Assembly (NCBI RefSeq): GCF_042660085.1
Contig: NZ_JBHSTI010000009.1
Coordinates: forward strand, 1 to 32,000
Reading direction: 5' to 3'
Source: Longivirga aurantiaca
Lineage (GTDB): Bacteria; Actinomycetota; Actinomycetes; S36-B12; CAIYMF01
DNA: 32,000 nt
The stretch's first letter is position 1, and every line of letters begins with the position of its first letter. A model generated the notes under the pieces. The model saw only the letters and a list, made by a program, of their open reading frames with translations. It was not told the DNA's origin and did no database searches. Shown here piece by piece: positions 9,508 through 17,569 of the stretch. A program made the position numbers and the translations under genes.

Positions 9508-9822
9508 ATGGCAGCCCGCCCGCACGACATAGTCGACCTCTACCTGGCCCCGGTGGCGTTGGGCGTGGACGAGCGCCTGGCCGAACTCGCACGGCTGTCC
9601 CAGGCGGAGCTGTTCGTCCAGGTGTCCCTGAGCACCGACCGTGAGCCGGTCAGCACCGAGGAACGGCGCCGGGGACTTCTCCTGACCGTCACGCACCTGC
9701 TCGAGTTGCACGACTGGGAACCGGCCTGGGATGAGGGAGGTCGCGGGCTGCGACTCTCGCACGGTGGGCATTCGCTCACGCTCGGCATCACGCCCAACCT
9801 GCGCGAGTTCCTCGAGACCTAG
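9508..9822 (+). CDS. Hypothetical protein (104 aa), last gene of unit A
   Basis: ATG at 9508 preceded by GGAGGA. Strong G/C third-position bias in this frame. No recognisable motif. Confidence 0.5.
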   Translation: MAARPHDIVDLYLAPVALGVDERLAELARLSQAELFVQVSLSTDREPVSTEERRRGLLLTVTHLLELHDWEPAWDEGGRGLRLSHGGHSLTLGITPNLREFLET

Positions 9823-9991
9823 CCGGCGGTAAGCGGCGTCATGAACCGGCGGGCGCTGATCGGGCTTTCGCCTGCAGCGTCGCCGGACCACTCAGTGCGC
9901 TGGCGAGCGGTAGCGACAATCTCAGCACAGCGTCGACTCGACATCGATGGACTCGACGCACTCCGGGCATCGCGTCCGCTCGGACCTACGA

Positions 9992-10285
9992 TCACGCCTT
10001 ACCCCGGCCGAAGAGCCGGTCCAAGACTCCGGGGGATTCGACGCCCCCGCCGACCCCGTCGAGCACGGCCCGGCAGTAGCGCGCCAGCCTGTCGGCCTCG
10101 CCCTGCTCGCGCCCTTCCGTGGCTGCAGCGAGCGCTTCTGCCACCGGAAGCAGGTCACGGATGGGGCGCTCGTTGCTTTCAAGCAGCGCCTGGTTGACAG
10201 CCTGCCATGCAGTGCGGAGGGCCGCGGAGGTCTTGCCGTCGGCCAGCTGCGCTCGGGCACGCTCCACCAACGACTGCGCGTTCAT
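9992..10285 (-). CDS. Hypothetical helical protein (97 aa)
   Basis: C-terminal part of the 9992-10999 ORF. The internal ATG (CAT at 10283-10285 on +) is preceded by GGGAGG. The upstream part of the long ORF is Arg/Pro-rich off-frame noise overlapping the QOR gene. Confidence 0.5.
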   Translation of the reverse strand: MNAQSLVERARAQLADGKTSAALRTAWQAVNQALLESNERPIRDLLPVAEALAAATEGREQGEADRLARYCRAVLDGVGGGVESPGVLDRLFGRGKA

Positions 10286-10414
10286 GCGCGACCTCCCTCG
10301 TCCGCTGTTGGCGTCGTTCCGGCGACGTCGTCGTCCACGCGCGTCACCGTAGCCGGAGCAGTTCGGGAGAGTGCACCGATGCAGGCTGGGACCGGTCGCC
10401 GCTAGCCTCGGTCC

Positions 10415-11362
10415 GTGCGCGCGGTCGGCCTGACGACGTTCGGTGGCCCAGACGTGCTGCGACTGCTCGACCTCCCGGAGCCCGTGCCCGGCCCCGGGGA
10501 GGTGCGCATCCGAGTCCAGGCGGCGGCGGTGACGCCCAGCGACACGCTCATCCGGGCAGGGCTGCTGGCACATCGGCTCGCGGACGAGGGCGTCGAGCCT
10601 CCGTACATCCCCGGCTGGGATGCGGCGGGGGTTGTGGACGCCGTCGGGCCAGGCGGGGACGGCCGGCTCTCGGTAGGGGACGCAGTCGTTGCGTTCGTTC
10701 GTCCGATCCATCCCTGCAAGGGCTCGTACGCCGACCTGATCGTTCGTCCGGCAGCATCGGTGGTCAGGGCCCCGTCCGGATCGGCCCACGAGGCATCGAC
10801 GCTGATCGTGAACGGCGTGACCGCCCACCTCGCGCTCGGTCTGCTCGCGCTCGAGCCCGGTCAGACGCTGGGGGTGACTGGTGCAGCGGGAGCGTTCGGC
10901 GGCTTCGTCGTCCAGCTCGCGGCGCATCGTGGGCTCGTGGTCGTCGCCGATGCAGCACCGGGCGATGTCGAGCTGGTTCGGCGCCTGGGCGCCCACCATG
11001 TGGTAGCCCGTGGACCCGCGGTGTCCGGGGCAATGAGAGCGGTAGCGCCCGACGGCGTCGACGGGCTCGTGGACGCCGCCCTGCAGAACGAGCTCGTGCT
11101 CGGGGCGGTCGTCGACGAGGGACGCGTGGTCTCGTCCCGTGGCTGGACGGGACCGGCTCCGCGGGGCATCGAGGTCCGGCCCGTCTCGGCGACCCCATCG
11201 TCGGAGGACACGGCGCTGCTGACCTCGCTCGTCGACCTCGCCGACGCCGGGGTCCTCTCACTGCGCGTCGCGGACGTCCTGCCGCTCGTGTCGGCCGCCG
11301 CGGCGCACCGCCGGCTCGAGGCAGGCGGGGTGCGCGGACGCCTCGTCCTCGACCTGGCCTGA
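10415..11362 (+). CDS. MDR-superfamily NADPH:quinone oxidoreductase / zinc-independent alcohol dehydrogenase-like
   Basis: 315 aa. MRAVGLTTFGGPDVLRLLDLPEPVPGPGEVRIRV and the nucleotide motif GAAGAFGG. TAGCCT at 10403-10408 lies 6 nt before the GTG start, suggesting a leaderless transcript. Confidence 0.85.
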   Translation: MRAVGLTTFGGPDVLRLLDLPEPVPGPGEVRIRVQAAAVTPSDTLIRAGLLAHRLADEGVEPPYIPGWDAAGVVDAVGPGGDGRLSVGDAVVAFVRPIHPCKGSYADLIVRPAASVVRAPSGSAHEASTLIVNGVTAHLALGLLALEPGQTLGVTGAAGAFGGFVVQLAAHRGLVVVADAAPGDVELVRRLGAHHVVARGPAVSGAMRAVAPDGVDGLVDAALQNELVLGAVVDEGRVVSSRGWTGPAPRGIEVRPVSATPSSEDTALLTSLVDLADAGVLSLRVADVLPLVSAAAAHRRLEAGGVRGRLVLDLA

Positions 11363-11444
11363 ATGGCAGGCGCCGTGGTCACCGGGGCGCGCAACGGGTA
11401 TTGTCTACCGGGCGACCGACAGACTCGGGATGAGAGGCGCACAC

Positions 11445-12215
11445 GTGACGCTCGACAAGGTCGTCGGCTCGGCTGCCGACGCCGTCGCGGACATCCCGAG
11501 CGGTGCGACGCTCGCGGTCGGTGGCTTCGGTCTGAACGGGATCCCGTCGGTGCTCATCGGTGCACTGCTCGCCGGTGGGGCGTCGGACCTGCGGGTGGTG
11601 TCGAACAACTGCGGGGTGGACGACTGGGGGCTCGGACTCCTCCTGACCGCCAGGCGGATCAGCCGCACCACGTCGTCCTATGTGGGGGAGAACAAGGAGT
11701 TCGAGCGGCAGTACCTGCACGGCGAGCTCGAGGTCGAGCTGATCCCGCAGGGCACGCTCGCCGAGCGGCTTCGTGCGGGTGGGTCGGGGATCCCGGCGTT
11801 CTTCACCCCGGCTGGTGTGGGCACGCAGGTGGCCGAGGGTGGGATGCCGTGGCGGTACGCCGCGGACGGGTCCATCGCGGTGCCGTCGCCGGCGAAGGAG
11901 ACGCGGGTGTTCGACGGCCGCGAGTACGTGCTGGAGCGGGGGATCGTGACGGACTTCGCGCTGGTGCGGGCGTCGGTGGGGGATCGGCAGGGGAACCTGG
12001 TGTTCGACAAGGCGACCCGCAACTTCAACCCGTTGGCGGCGATGGCCGGGCGGGTCACGATCGCGGAGGTCGAGCGCCTCGTCGAGCCGGGCGAGATCGA
12101 CCCGGCGCAGGTGCACCTGCCGGGGGTGTTCGTGCAGCGCGTCGTCGCCCTCACCCCGGAGCAGGCCGCCGACAAGCGCATCGAGCGCCGCACAGTCAGC
12201 GACGGGGCGCTATGA
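11445..12215 (+). CDS. scoA: 3-oxoacid/dicarboxylate CoA-transferase subunit A
   Basis: GTG at 11445 (GAGAGG RBS) gives TLDKVVGSAADAVADIPSGATLAVGGFGLNGIP, the canonical ScoA/PcaI N-terminus. The ORF track alternative is 11430. Confidence 0.9.
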   Translation: MTLDKVVGSAADAVADIPSGATLAVGGFGLNGIPSVLIGALLAGGASDLRVVSNNCGVDDWGLGLLLTARRISRTTSSYVGENKEFERQYLHGELEVELIPQGTLAERLRAGGSGIPAFFTPAGVGTQVAEGGMPWRYAADGSIAVPSPAKETRVFDGREYVLERGIVTDFALVRASVGDRQGNLVFDKATRNFNPLAAMAGRVTIAEVERLVEPGEIDPAQVHLPGVFVQRVVALTPEQAADKRIERRTVSDGAL

Positions 12216-12340
12216 ACCGCAGCCGATTGCACGAACCGGAATCACCGGTCGACGTGGAGGAGATCGAGATCGCCGAGTGGATCCACAGAGTTCAGCAGTG
12301 GCGATACGCCTTGGTCGAAGCCGACACGAAGGAGGCCTGA
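12212..12340 (+). CDS. Candidate small ORF (42 aa, acidic) inserted between scoA and scoB
   Basis: ATG overlaps the scoA stop (ATGA at 12212-12215). The ORF ends 3 nt before scoB, and its last codons supply the AAGGAG RBS for scoB. Third-position G/C is 34 of 42 codons, lower than in neighbouring genes. It has no known motif. Confidence 0.3.
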   Translation: MNRSRLHEPESPVDVEEIEIAEWIHRVQQWRYALVEADTKEA

Positions 12341-12343
12341 GCC

Positions 12344-12994
12344 ATGGCTCTGACCCGTGACGAGCTCGCCGCCCGCGTGGCGACGGAGCTGCGCGACGGC
12401 CAGTACGTGAACCTGGGCATCGGCCTGCCGACCCTGGTGCCCCAGCACATGCCGGCGGGGGTGACGGTGGTCCTGCAGTCCGAGAACGGCATCCTCGGCA
12501 CCGGTCCGTACCCGAGCGACGACCAGGTCGACGCCGATCTGATCAACGCGGGCAAGGAGACCGTCACGGTCTTGCCGGGCGCGTCGTTCTTCGATTCCGC
12601 CACCAGCTTCGGGATGATCCGCGGCGGCCACATCGACGCCGCGATCCTCGGCGCGATGCAGGTCTCCGCGGCCGGCGACATCGCGAACTGGATGATCCCG
12701 GGGAAGATGGTCAAGGGCATGGGTGGCGCGATGGACCTGGTCCACGGCGCCAAGCGGGTGATCGTGATGATGGAGCACGTCGCCAAGGACGGCACCCACA
12801 AGATCGTCGACGAATGCACCCTGCCGCTGACCGGCAAGGGTGTGGTGGACCGGATCATCACCGACCTCGCCGTCATCGACGTGACCCCCGACGGCCTCGT
12901 GCTGGTCGAGACCGCACCCGGCGTCAGCGGCGACGAGGTCCACGCCGCGACCGGGCCGACGCTGATCGTGGCGCTGAGCGGGGTGGCGTCGTGA
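12344..12994 (+). CDS. scoB: 3-oxoacid/dicarboxylate CoA-transferase subunit B
   Basis: 216 aa. Catalytic-glutamate motif SENG (LQSENGILG) and GMGGAMD. Confidence 0.9.
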   Translation: MALTRDELAARVATELRDGQYVNLGIGLPTLVPQHMPAGVTVVLQSENGILGTGPYPSDDQVDADLINAGKETVTVLPGASFFDSATSFGMIRGGHIDAAILGAMQVSAAGDIANWMIPGKMVKGMGGAMDLVHGAKRVIVMMEHVAKDGTHKIVDECTLPLTGKGVVDRIITDLAVIDVTPDGLVLVETAPGVSGDEVHAATGPTLIVALSGVAS

Positions 12995-13476
12995 CCTCCG
13001 ACGAGCCGCGTCGGGTGCTGCAGCGGGGGCTGTGGTTCGAGGAGATGGAGGTCGGCACCATCTACGACCATCGGCCGGGGCGGACGGTGACCGAGGCCGA
13101 CAACGTGCTGTTCACGACGTTGACGATGAACACGCAGCCGCTGCACCTGGACCAGGCCGCCAGCGAGCAGCTGCCCCCCTTCCACGACCGGCTGGTCAAC
13201 TCGATGTTCACGCTCTCCACGCTGGTCGGCCTGTCGGTCGCCCAGCTGACGCAGGGGACGATCGTGGCCAACCTCGGGTTCTCCGACATCGCGTTCCCGC
13301 ACCCGGTGCGTCACGGCGACACGATCTACGCCGAGACCCTCGTGCTCGACAAGCGTGAGTCCTCCAGCCGGCCGGGTGAGGGGGTGGTGACCTTCGAGCA
13401 CACCGCCCGCAACCAGCACGGCGACGTCGTGGCCACCGCGACCCGCAAGACCCTCGTCAGGATGGCGCCGGCATGA
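12991..13476 (+). CDS. MaoC-like (R)-specific enoyl-CoA hydratase (itaconyl/mesaconyl-CoA hydratase-like)
   Basis: GTG overlaps the scoB stop (GTGA). Hot-dog fold pattern: [23 protein letters not shown]...GDTIYAE... Confidence 0.85.
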   Translation: MTSDEPRRVLQRGLWFEEMEVGTIYDHRPGRTVTEADNVLFTTLTMNTQPLHLDQAASEQLPPFHDRLVNSMFTLSTLVGLSVAQLTQGTIVANLGFSDIAFPHPVRHGDTIYAETLVLDKRESSSRPGEGVVTFEHTARNQHGDVVATATRKTLVRMAPA

Positions 13477-14300
13477 GCTGGAACCCCGGGCCCGCGTGGC
13501 TGTTCTGCCCCGCCGACCGACCCGACCGCTACCTCAAGGCCCTGGCCGTAGCCGACGTCGTCATCCTCGACCTTGAGGACGCCGTCGCCCCCACCCACAA
13601 GCCGGCCGCCCGCCACACGGTGAAGTCCCTGGCAGAGGCCGGGACACTCGATCTCGAGCGCACGGTCGTGCGCGTGAACGGCGCCTCGACTCCCGACCAC
13701 CCGCGCGACGTCGAGGTGCTGCGCGCGGCTGGTGTCCGCGTCGTGATGGTGGCGAAGTGCGAGGGTCCCGGCGACCTGTCGGCGCTCAGGGACCTGAAGC
13801 TCATCCCACTGCTCGAGTCCGTCCACGGCATCACGCGGGCGGGGGAGATCGCCTCGGCCGCCGGCGTTGCCGCCGTCATGTGGGGGGCGGACGACCTCGT
13901 CGCCGACCTGGGCGGCTCGTCCAGTCGGCATGGCGACGGCGGCTATCGCGACGTCGCCCGCCATGCGCGCAGCGTCTCGCTCCTCGCCGCGAAGGCGGCC
14001 GGACACCTCGCGATCGATGCGGTGTTCATGGACATCCCGGATCTCGACGGCCTCCGCAGCCAGTGCGAGGACGCCGTGGCGGTGGGATTCGACGTCACCG
14101 TCGCCATCCACCCCTCGCAGGTGCCGGTCATCCGCGCTGCCTTCGCGCCGACTCCGCAGGAGATCGAGCAGGCGCGTCGCCTGCTCGAGGCCTCGGCCGG
14201 CGGCGGAGTGACCACGTTCGACGGACGCATGGTCGACGGCCCGATCATCAAGCAGGCAGAACGAGTGCTCATTCGAGCAGAATCCGAGGGACGACTATGA
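13473..14300 (+). CDS. CitE-like/HpcH-family beta-hydroxyacyl-CoA (citramalyl/malyl-CoA-type) lyase
   Basis: 275 aa. ATGA overlap with the MaoC gene. [11 protein letters not shown]...VILDLEDAV is typical of citrate lyase beta-subunit-like proteins. Confidence 0.85.
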   Translation: MSWNPGPAWLFCPADRPDRYLKALAVADVVILDLEDAVAPTHKPAARHTVKSLAEAGTLDLERTVVRVNGASTPDHPRDVEVLRAAGVRVVMVAKCEGPGDLSALRDLKLIPLLESVHGITRAGEIASAAGVAAVMWGADDLVADLGGSSSRHGDGGYRDVARHARSVSLLAAKAAGHLAIDAVFMDIPDLDGLRSQCEDAVAVGFDVTVAIHPSQVPVIRAAFAPTPQEIEQARRLLEASAGGGVTTFDGRMVDGPIIKQAERVLIRAESEGRL

Positions 14301-15151
14301 CAGCCACGAAGCCCAGCAGTTCCGAGGAGACCGCGGCCACGCCGGTCGAGCCGACGAGCCCCCAGTCGCTCGCGGTCCTCGCCGACGGCTCCCTGTCTGG
14401 TCGGACCGCGCTGGTGACCGGAGGAGGAAGCGGGATCGGACGGGCGAGCGCGCTGCTCATGGCGAGGCTCGGTGCGCGGGTCCTGGTCGTCGGGCGCAAC
14501 GCGGAGTCACTCGAGGAAACGGCGCGCAGGGCGTCCGTCGCCGGTTACACCGGAGCCGTGTCGCTCATGGCCAGCGACATCCGCGAGCCGGAGAACGTCG
14601 ATGCGGTCCTGGACGCCGTGGCGGCCGACCTCGGTCGCCTCGACATCCTCGTCAACAATGCCGGCGGCCAGTTCGTGTCGGCTGCGGAGTCGCTGTCGTA
14701 CAAGGGGTTCCGGGCCGTGACGCGGCTCAACCTCGACGCCACCTGGTACCTCACCGTGCGCGCGGCCGAGCGCTTCATGCTCCCGGCTGGCTACGGGAAG
14801 GTCATCAGCATCGTCATGTCGCCCCAGCGGGGCATCCCCGGTATGGCGCACTCGTCGGCCGCACGGTCGGCGATCGAGTCGCTCATGCGAACGCTGGCGG
14901 TCGAGTGGGGGCCACGCGGCGTCCGGACCGTGGCGATCGCGCCGGGCTTCGTGCACACCGAGGCGTTGACCCGGTACGGCGTGGACATCGCCGGCCTGGC
15001 TCGGACCGCTCCGCTCCGCCGGGTCGAGTCGGCCGACGAGGTCGCGGCCCTGATCGCGTTCGTCGCGTCCGTGGCGGGCGACTACATCACCGGAACGACT
15101 CTGGTGGCCGACGGCGGCCTGAACACCGCAGCGCCAGGCGCCGTCGACTGA
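14297..15151 (+). CDS. SDR-family reductase, PECR/DECR-like (enoyl-CoA reductase-type)
   Basis: ATG at 14297 overlaps the CitE stop (ATGA). TGGGSGIGRA motif. The active-site region GMAHSSAARSAIESL resembles the HSGAARAG motif of peroxisomal trans-2-enoyl-CoA reductase-type SDRs rather than YxxxK. Confidence 0.78.
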   Translation: MTATKPSSSEETAATPVEPTSPQSLAVLADGSLSGRTALVTGGGSGIGRASALLMARLGARVLVVGRNAESLEETARRASVAGYTGAVSLMASDIREPENVDAVLDAVAADLGRLDILVNNAGGQFVSAAESLSYKGFRAVTRLNLDATWYLTVRAAERFMLPAGYGKVISIVMSPQRGIPGMAHSSAARSAIESLMRTLAVEWGPRGVRTVAIAPGFVHTEALTRYGVDIAGLARTAPLRRVESADEVAALIAFVASVAGDYITGTTLVADGGLNTAAPGAVD

Positions 15152-15218
15152 TCCCAGCGCCACCGCCCGATCGACCGACGCCTGTCCGATGTGACCACGA
15201 GGAAGGAGCACGACGAGC

Positions 15219-15875
15219 ATGCACGCCGAGCAGCTCGCCGTCCTCCTCGGCGCGGCAGGGGCGATGTTCTCGCTGTCTATGGTCCTGCCGCAGGCACTCA
15301 CCATCTGGCGCGACCGGTCGTACGTCGGCGTCTCGCTCGGTTCGTGGCTCCTGCTCACGCTGACAGCGTCCACCTGGGCCGGCTTCGCGCTGCGGACGGA
15401 GAACGTGGCGCTGGGCGTCGGCAACACCACGTTCCTGCTCGCATGTTGGTGGGTCCTGGTCGCTACCCTGCGCGCCGACGGCTACCCGACGCCCCGGACC
15501 CCGCTGATGGTCGTCCTCGTCCTCGCCGGCGACTCGATCGCTTTCCTGACCGGCCTCGCGGCGCCGCTGGGCCTGGTGGTGGTAGCCGGAGTCGCGTCGT
15601 CGCTCGTTCGGATCCCCCAGGTGGTGCGGTCGTGCCAGACCTGGCAGGCCGCCAGCCCGTCGGAGGTCTCGCGCACGAGCCTGTGGATCGGCTTCGCGGG
15701 CAACTGCAGCTGGACCCTCCACGGCGTCATGCGCGGCGATCCGTTCGTCACGCTGTCGGCCGCGGTCGGGACGGCCGTCGCAGCCACCGTCATCGCGTTC
15801 GAGCTCGCAGCACTCAGGCGGCGCGCCGCGCTGCCGACGTCCCTCGCAGCACAACCGGAGCGTGACGCCGTATGA
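15219..15875 (+). CDS. Integral membrane protein with two PQ-loop (SWEET/SemiSWEET-type) repeats
   Basis: 218 aa, AGGAAGGAG RBS. Two copies of the PQ motif at the end of hydrophobic helices (SMVLPQALTIWRDRSYVGVS and SLVRIPQVVRSCQTWQAASPSEVS). By eye there are 6-7 hydrophobic segments. Confidence 0.7.
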   Translation: MHAEQLAVLLGAAGAMFSLSMVLPQALTIWRDRSYVGVSLGSWLLLTLTASTWAGFALRTENVALGVGNTTFLLACWWVLVATLRADGYPTPRTPLMVVLVLAGDSIAFLTGLAAPLGLVVVAGVASSLVRIPQVVRSCQTWQAASPSEVSRTSLWIGFAGNCSWTLHGVMRGDPFVTLSAAVGTAVAATVIAFELAALRRRAALPTSLAAQPERDAV

Positions 15876-16279
15876 CCGCGACCATGTCGGATGCCGCGCG
15901 AGAGCTCTTCGCCCACCGCGAGTACGTGACCCTGGCGACGATCGAGGCCGACGGGCAGCCGCACCTGTCGGTCGTGTGGGCGACTCTCGACGGCGACGAC
16001 ATCCTCGTGTCGACGGTCGAGGGACGGCGCAAGCACGTCAACCTCGTGCGCGACCCCCGCGCGACCGTCCTCCTCATGCCGCACGGACGGCCCTGGATCT
16101 ACCTCGAGGTCCGAGGCCACGTGACCATGACCCGAGAGGGAGGACGCGAGCTGATCGAGACTCTGTCGCGCAAGTACACCCAGGACGATCGCTACTCCTT
16201 CGACGACGGCACAGACAACGTCCGTGTCGTCGTGCGCATCACGCCGTACAAGGTCATCGAGTACGACGGGCTGGCCTGA
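15872..16279 (+). CDS. PPOX-class (pyridoxamine-5'-phosphate oxidase fold) probable F420-dependent enzyme
   Basis: 135 aa. ATGA overlap with the PQ-loop gene. YVTLATIEADGQPHLSVVW...RKHVNLVRDPRATVLL is typical of the Rv1155-like split-barrel family. Confidence 0.85.
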   Translation: MTATMSDAARELFAHREYVTLATIEADGQPHLSVVWATLDGDDILVSTVEGRRKHVNLVRDPRATVLLMPHGRPWIYLEVRGHVTMTREGGRELIETLSRKYTQDDRYSFDDGTDNVRVVVRITPYKVIEYDGLA

Positions 16280-16285
16280 ACGGCG

Positions 16286-17524
16286 TCACACCCTGGCGCT
16301 GCCGGGCAGGTCGAGGTCGAGTCCCTGGATCGAGTGCCCCATGCGGTCGCGCTTGGTCCTGAGGTAGCGCAGGTTCTCCGGCCCCGGGGCCGACGAGATC
16401 GGCACCTGCTCGGAGATGGTGAGCCCATAGCCCTCGAGGCCGCCGCGCTTGAGCGGGTTGTTCGACAGCAGCCGGATCGACGTGAGGCCGAGGTCCACCA
16501 GGATCTGCGCACCTACGCCGTACTCCCGCGAGTCCACCGGGAGGCCGAGCGCGAGATTCGCGTCGATCGTGTCGGCGCCGGCGTCCTGGAGCTCGTAGGC
16601 GTGCAGCTTGGCGGCGATGCCGATCCCGCGGCCCTCGTGGCCGCGCAGGTAGACCACGACCCCGTGACCCTCCTCGGCGACCTTCTGCATGGCCGTGCGC
16701 AACTGGTGGCCGCAGTCGCAGCGCTCGGAGCTGAAGATGTCGCCGGTGAGGCACTCGCTGTGCACGCGGACCAGCGGGGACGCTTGACCGGCGGGGTCGC
16801 CCATCACGAATGCCAGATGCGTGAGGCCGTCGACCTTGCTCTCGTACGAGTGGCACGTGAACTCGCCCCACGGCGTCGGGATCCGTCCCTGCGCGGTGTG
16901 GCGGACGAGCTGCTCGGACGAGCGCCGGTGCCGGATCAGGTCCGCGATGGTGATCATCAGCAGCCCGTGCTCGGAGGCGAACTGCTCGAGCTCCGGCCTG
17001 CGTGCCATGCCCGTGCCCTCGCGGCTCAGGATCTCGCAGATGACTCCGACCGGCTCGAGGCCGGCCATCCGTGCGAGGTCGACCGCCGCCTCGGTGTGGC
17101 CCGCGCGCTGCAGAACGCCGCCCGGACGGGCCCGCAGCACGTTCATGTGCCCTGGCCTCAGGAGGTCGTCCGGCGTCGTGCCTGGTGCCGCGAGCACGCG
17201 CGCCGTGGCGGCACGGTCCGCCGCCGAGATCCCTGTGGTGGTGAGGTCGCGCGCGTCCACCGTGACGGTGAAGGCGGTCCGCTCGCTCTCGTTGTTGTTC
17301 TCGACCATGAGCGGGAGGCCGAGCGCGTCCGCCCGCTCTGACGTGACGGCGGTGCACACCAGCCCCGAGGCCTCCCGCACGATGAAGCGCATCAGCTCCG
17401 GCGCGACGTGCTCCGCGGCGATGACGATGTCGCCCTCGTTCTCACGGTCCTCGTCGTCGACGACGACGAGCATCTGTCCGCGTCGCAGTGCATCGACCGC
17501 GTCGGGGATGGTGGCGAACGTCAT
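16286..17524 (-). CDS. ribBA: Bifunctional 3,4-dihydroxy-2-butanone-4-phosphate synthase / GTP cyclohydrolase II
   Basis: 412 aa. N-terminal DHBPS domain (VVDDEDRENEGD) and C-terminal GCHII domain with VHSECLTGD and the zinc motif CDCGHQL. Confidence 0.95.
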   Translation of the reverse strand: MTFATIPDAVDALRRGQMLVVVDDEDRENEGDIVIAAEHVAPELMRFIVREASGLVCTAVTSERADALGLPLMVENNNESERTAFTVTVDARDLTTTGISAADRAATARVLAAPGTTPDDLLRPGHMNVLRARPGGVLQRAGHTEAAVDLARMAGLEPVGVICEILSREGTGMARRPELEQFASEHGLLMITIADLIRHRRSSEQLVRHTAQGRIPTPWGEFTCHSYESKVDGLTHLAFVMGDPAGQASPLVRVHSECLTGDIFSSERCDCGHQLRTAMQKVAEEGHGVVVYLRGHEGRGIGIAAKLHAYELQDAGADTIDANLALGLPVDSREYGVGAQILVDLGLTSIRLLSNNPLKRGGLEGYGLTISEQVPISSAPGPENLRYLRTKRDRMGHSIQGLDLDLPGSARV

Positions 17525-17569
17525 GGGTCCTGCCTCTACTCGGGGTTGGGCGAGCTCGCGGGCGGCTGT

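Noticed and set aside
9930-9959. Hairpin GCGTCGA...TCGACGC and the 8-bp direct repeat GACTCGAC (9935-9942 and 9950-9957) in the convergent gap
   Set aside because: The stem is only 7 bp with a 16-nt loop and no U-tract, and the repeat is short enough to arise by chance. Neither is convincing as a terminator or repeat element.
11445-12994. Considered calling the CoA-transferase pair IpdA/IpdB (steroid C/D-ring hydrolase) because of the KstR2-like motif in the window
   Set aside because: The sizes (256 and 216 aa), the canonical ScoA N-terminus, the SENG catalytic motif, and tight coupling to MaoC and CitE genes all fit ScoAB/PcaIJ-type transferases better. The nearby motif copy (11404-11423) is degenerate.
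13757-15151. Long N-terminal extensions offered by the ORF track: 13757 for the SDR, 20291 for the thiolase, 25051 for the MBL, 28715 for the SDR, 18421-19335 for the HAD, 30804-31958 for the SDR, 7946 for the NTF2 protein, 8565 for the SDR
   Set aside because: The extensions overlap upstream genes and are Arg/Pro-rich. Internal starts with RBSs or stop-start overlaps give canonical family N-termini.
17525-17569. Looked for an FMN riboswitch upstream of ribBA
   Set aside because: Only 45 bp separate ribBA from tesB, too short for the FMN (RFN) element, and I saw no conserved RFN-like sequence.
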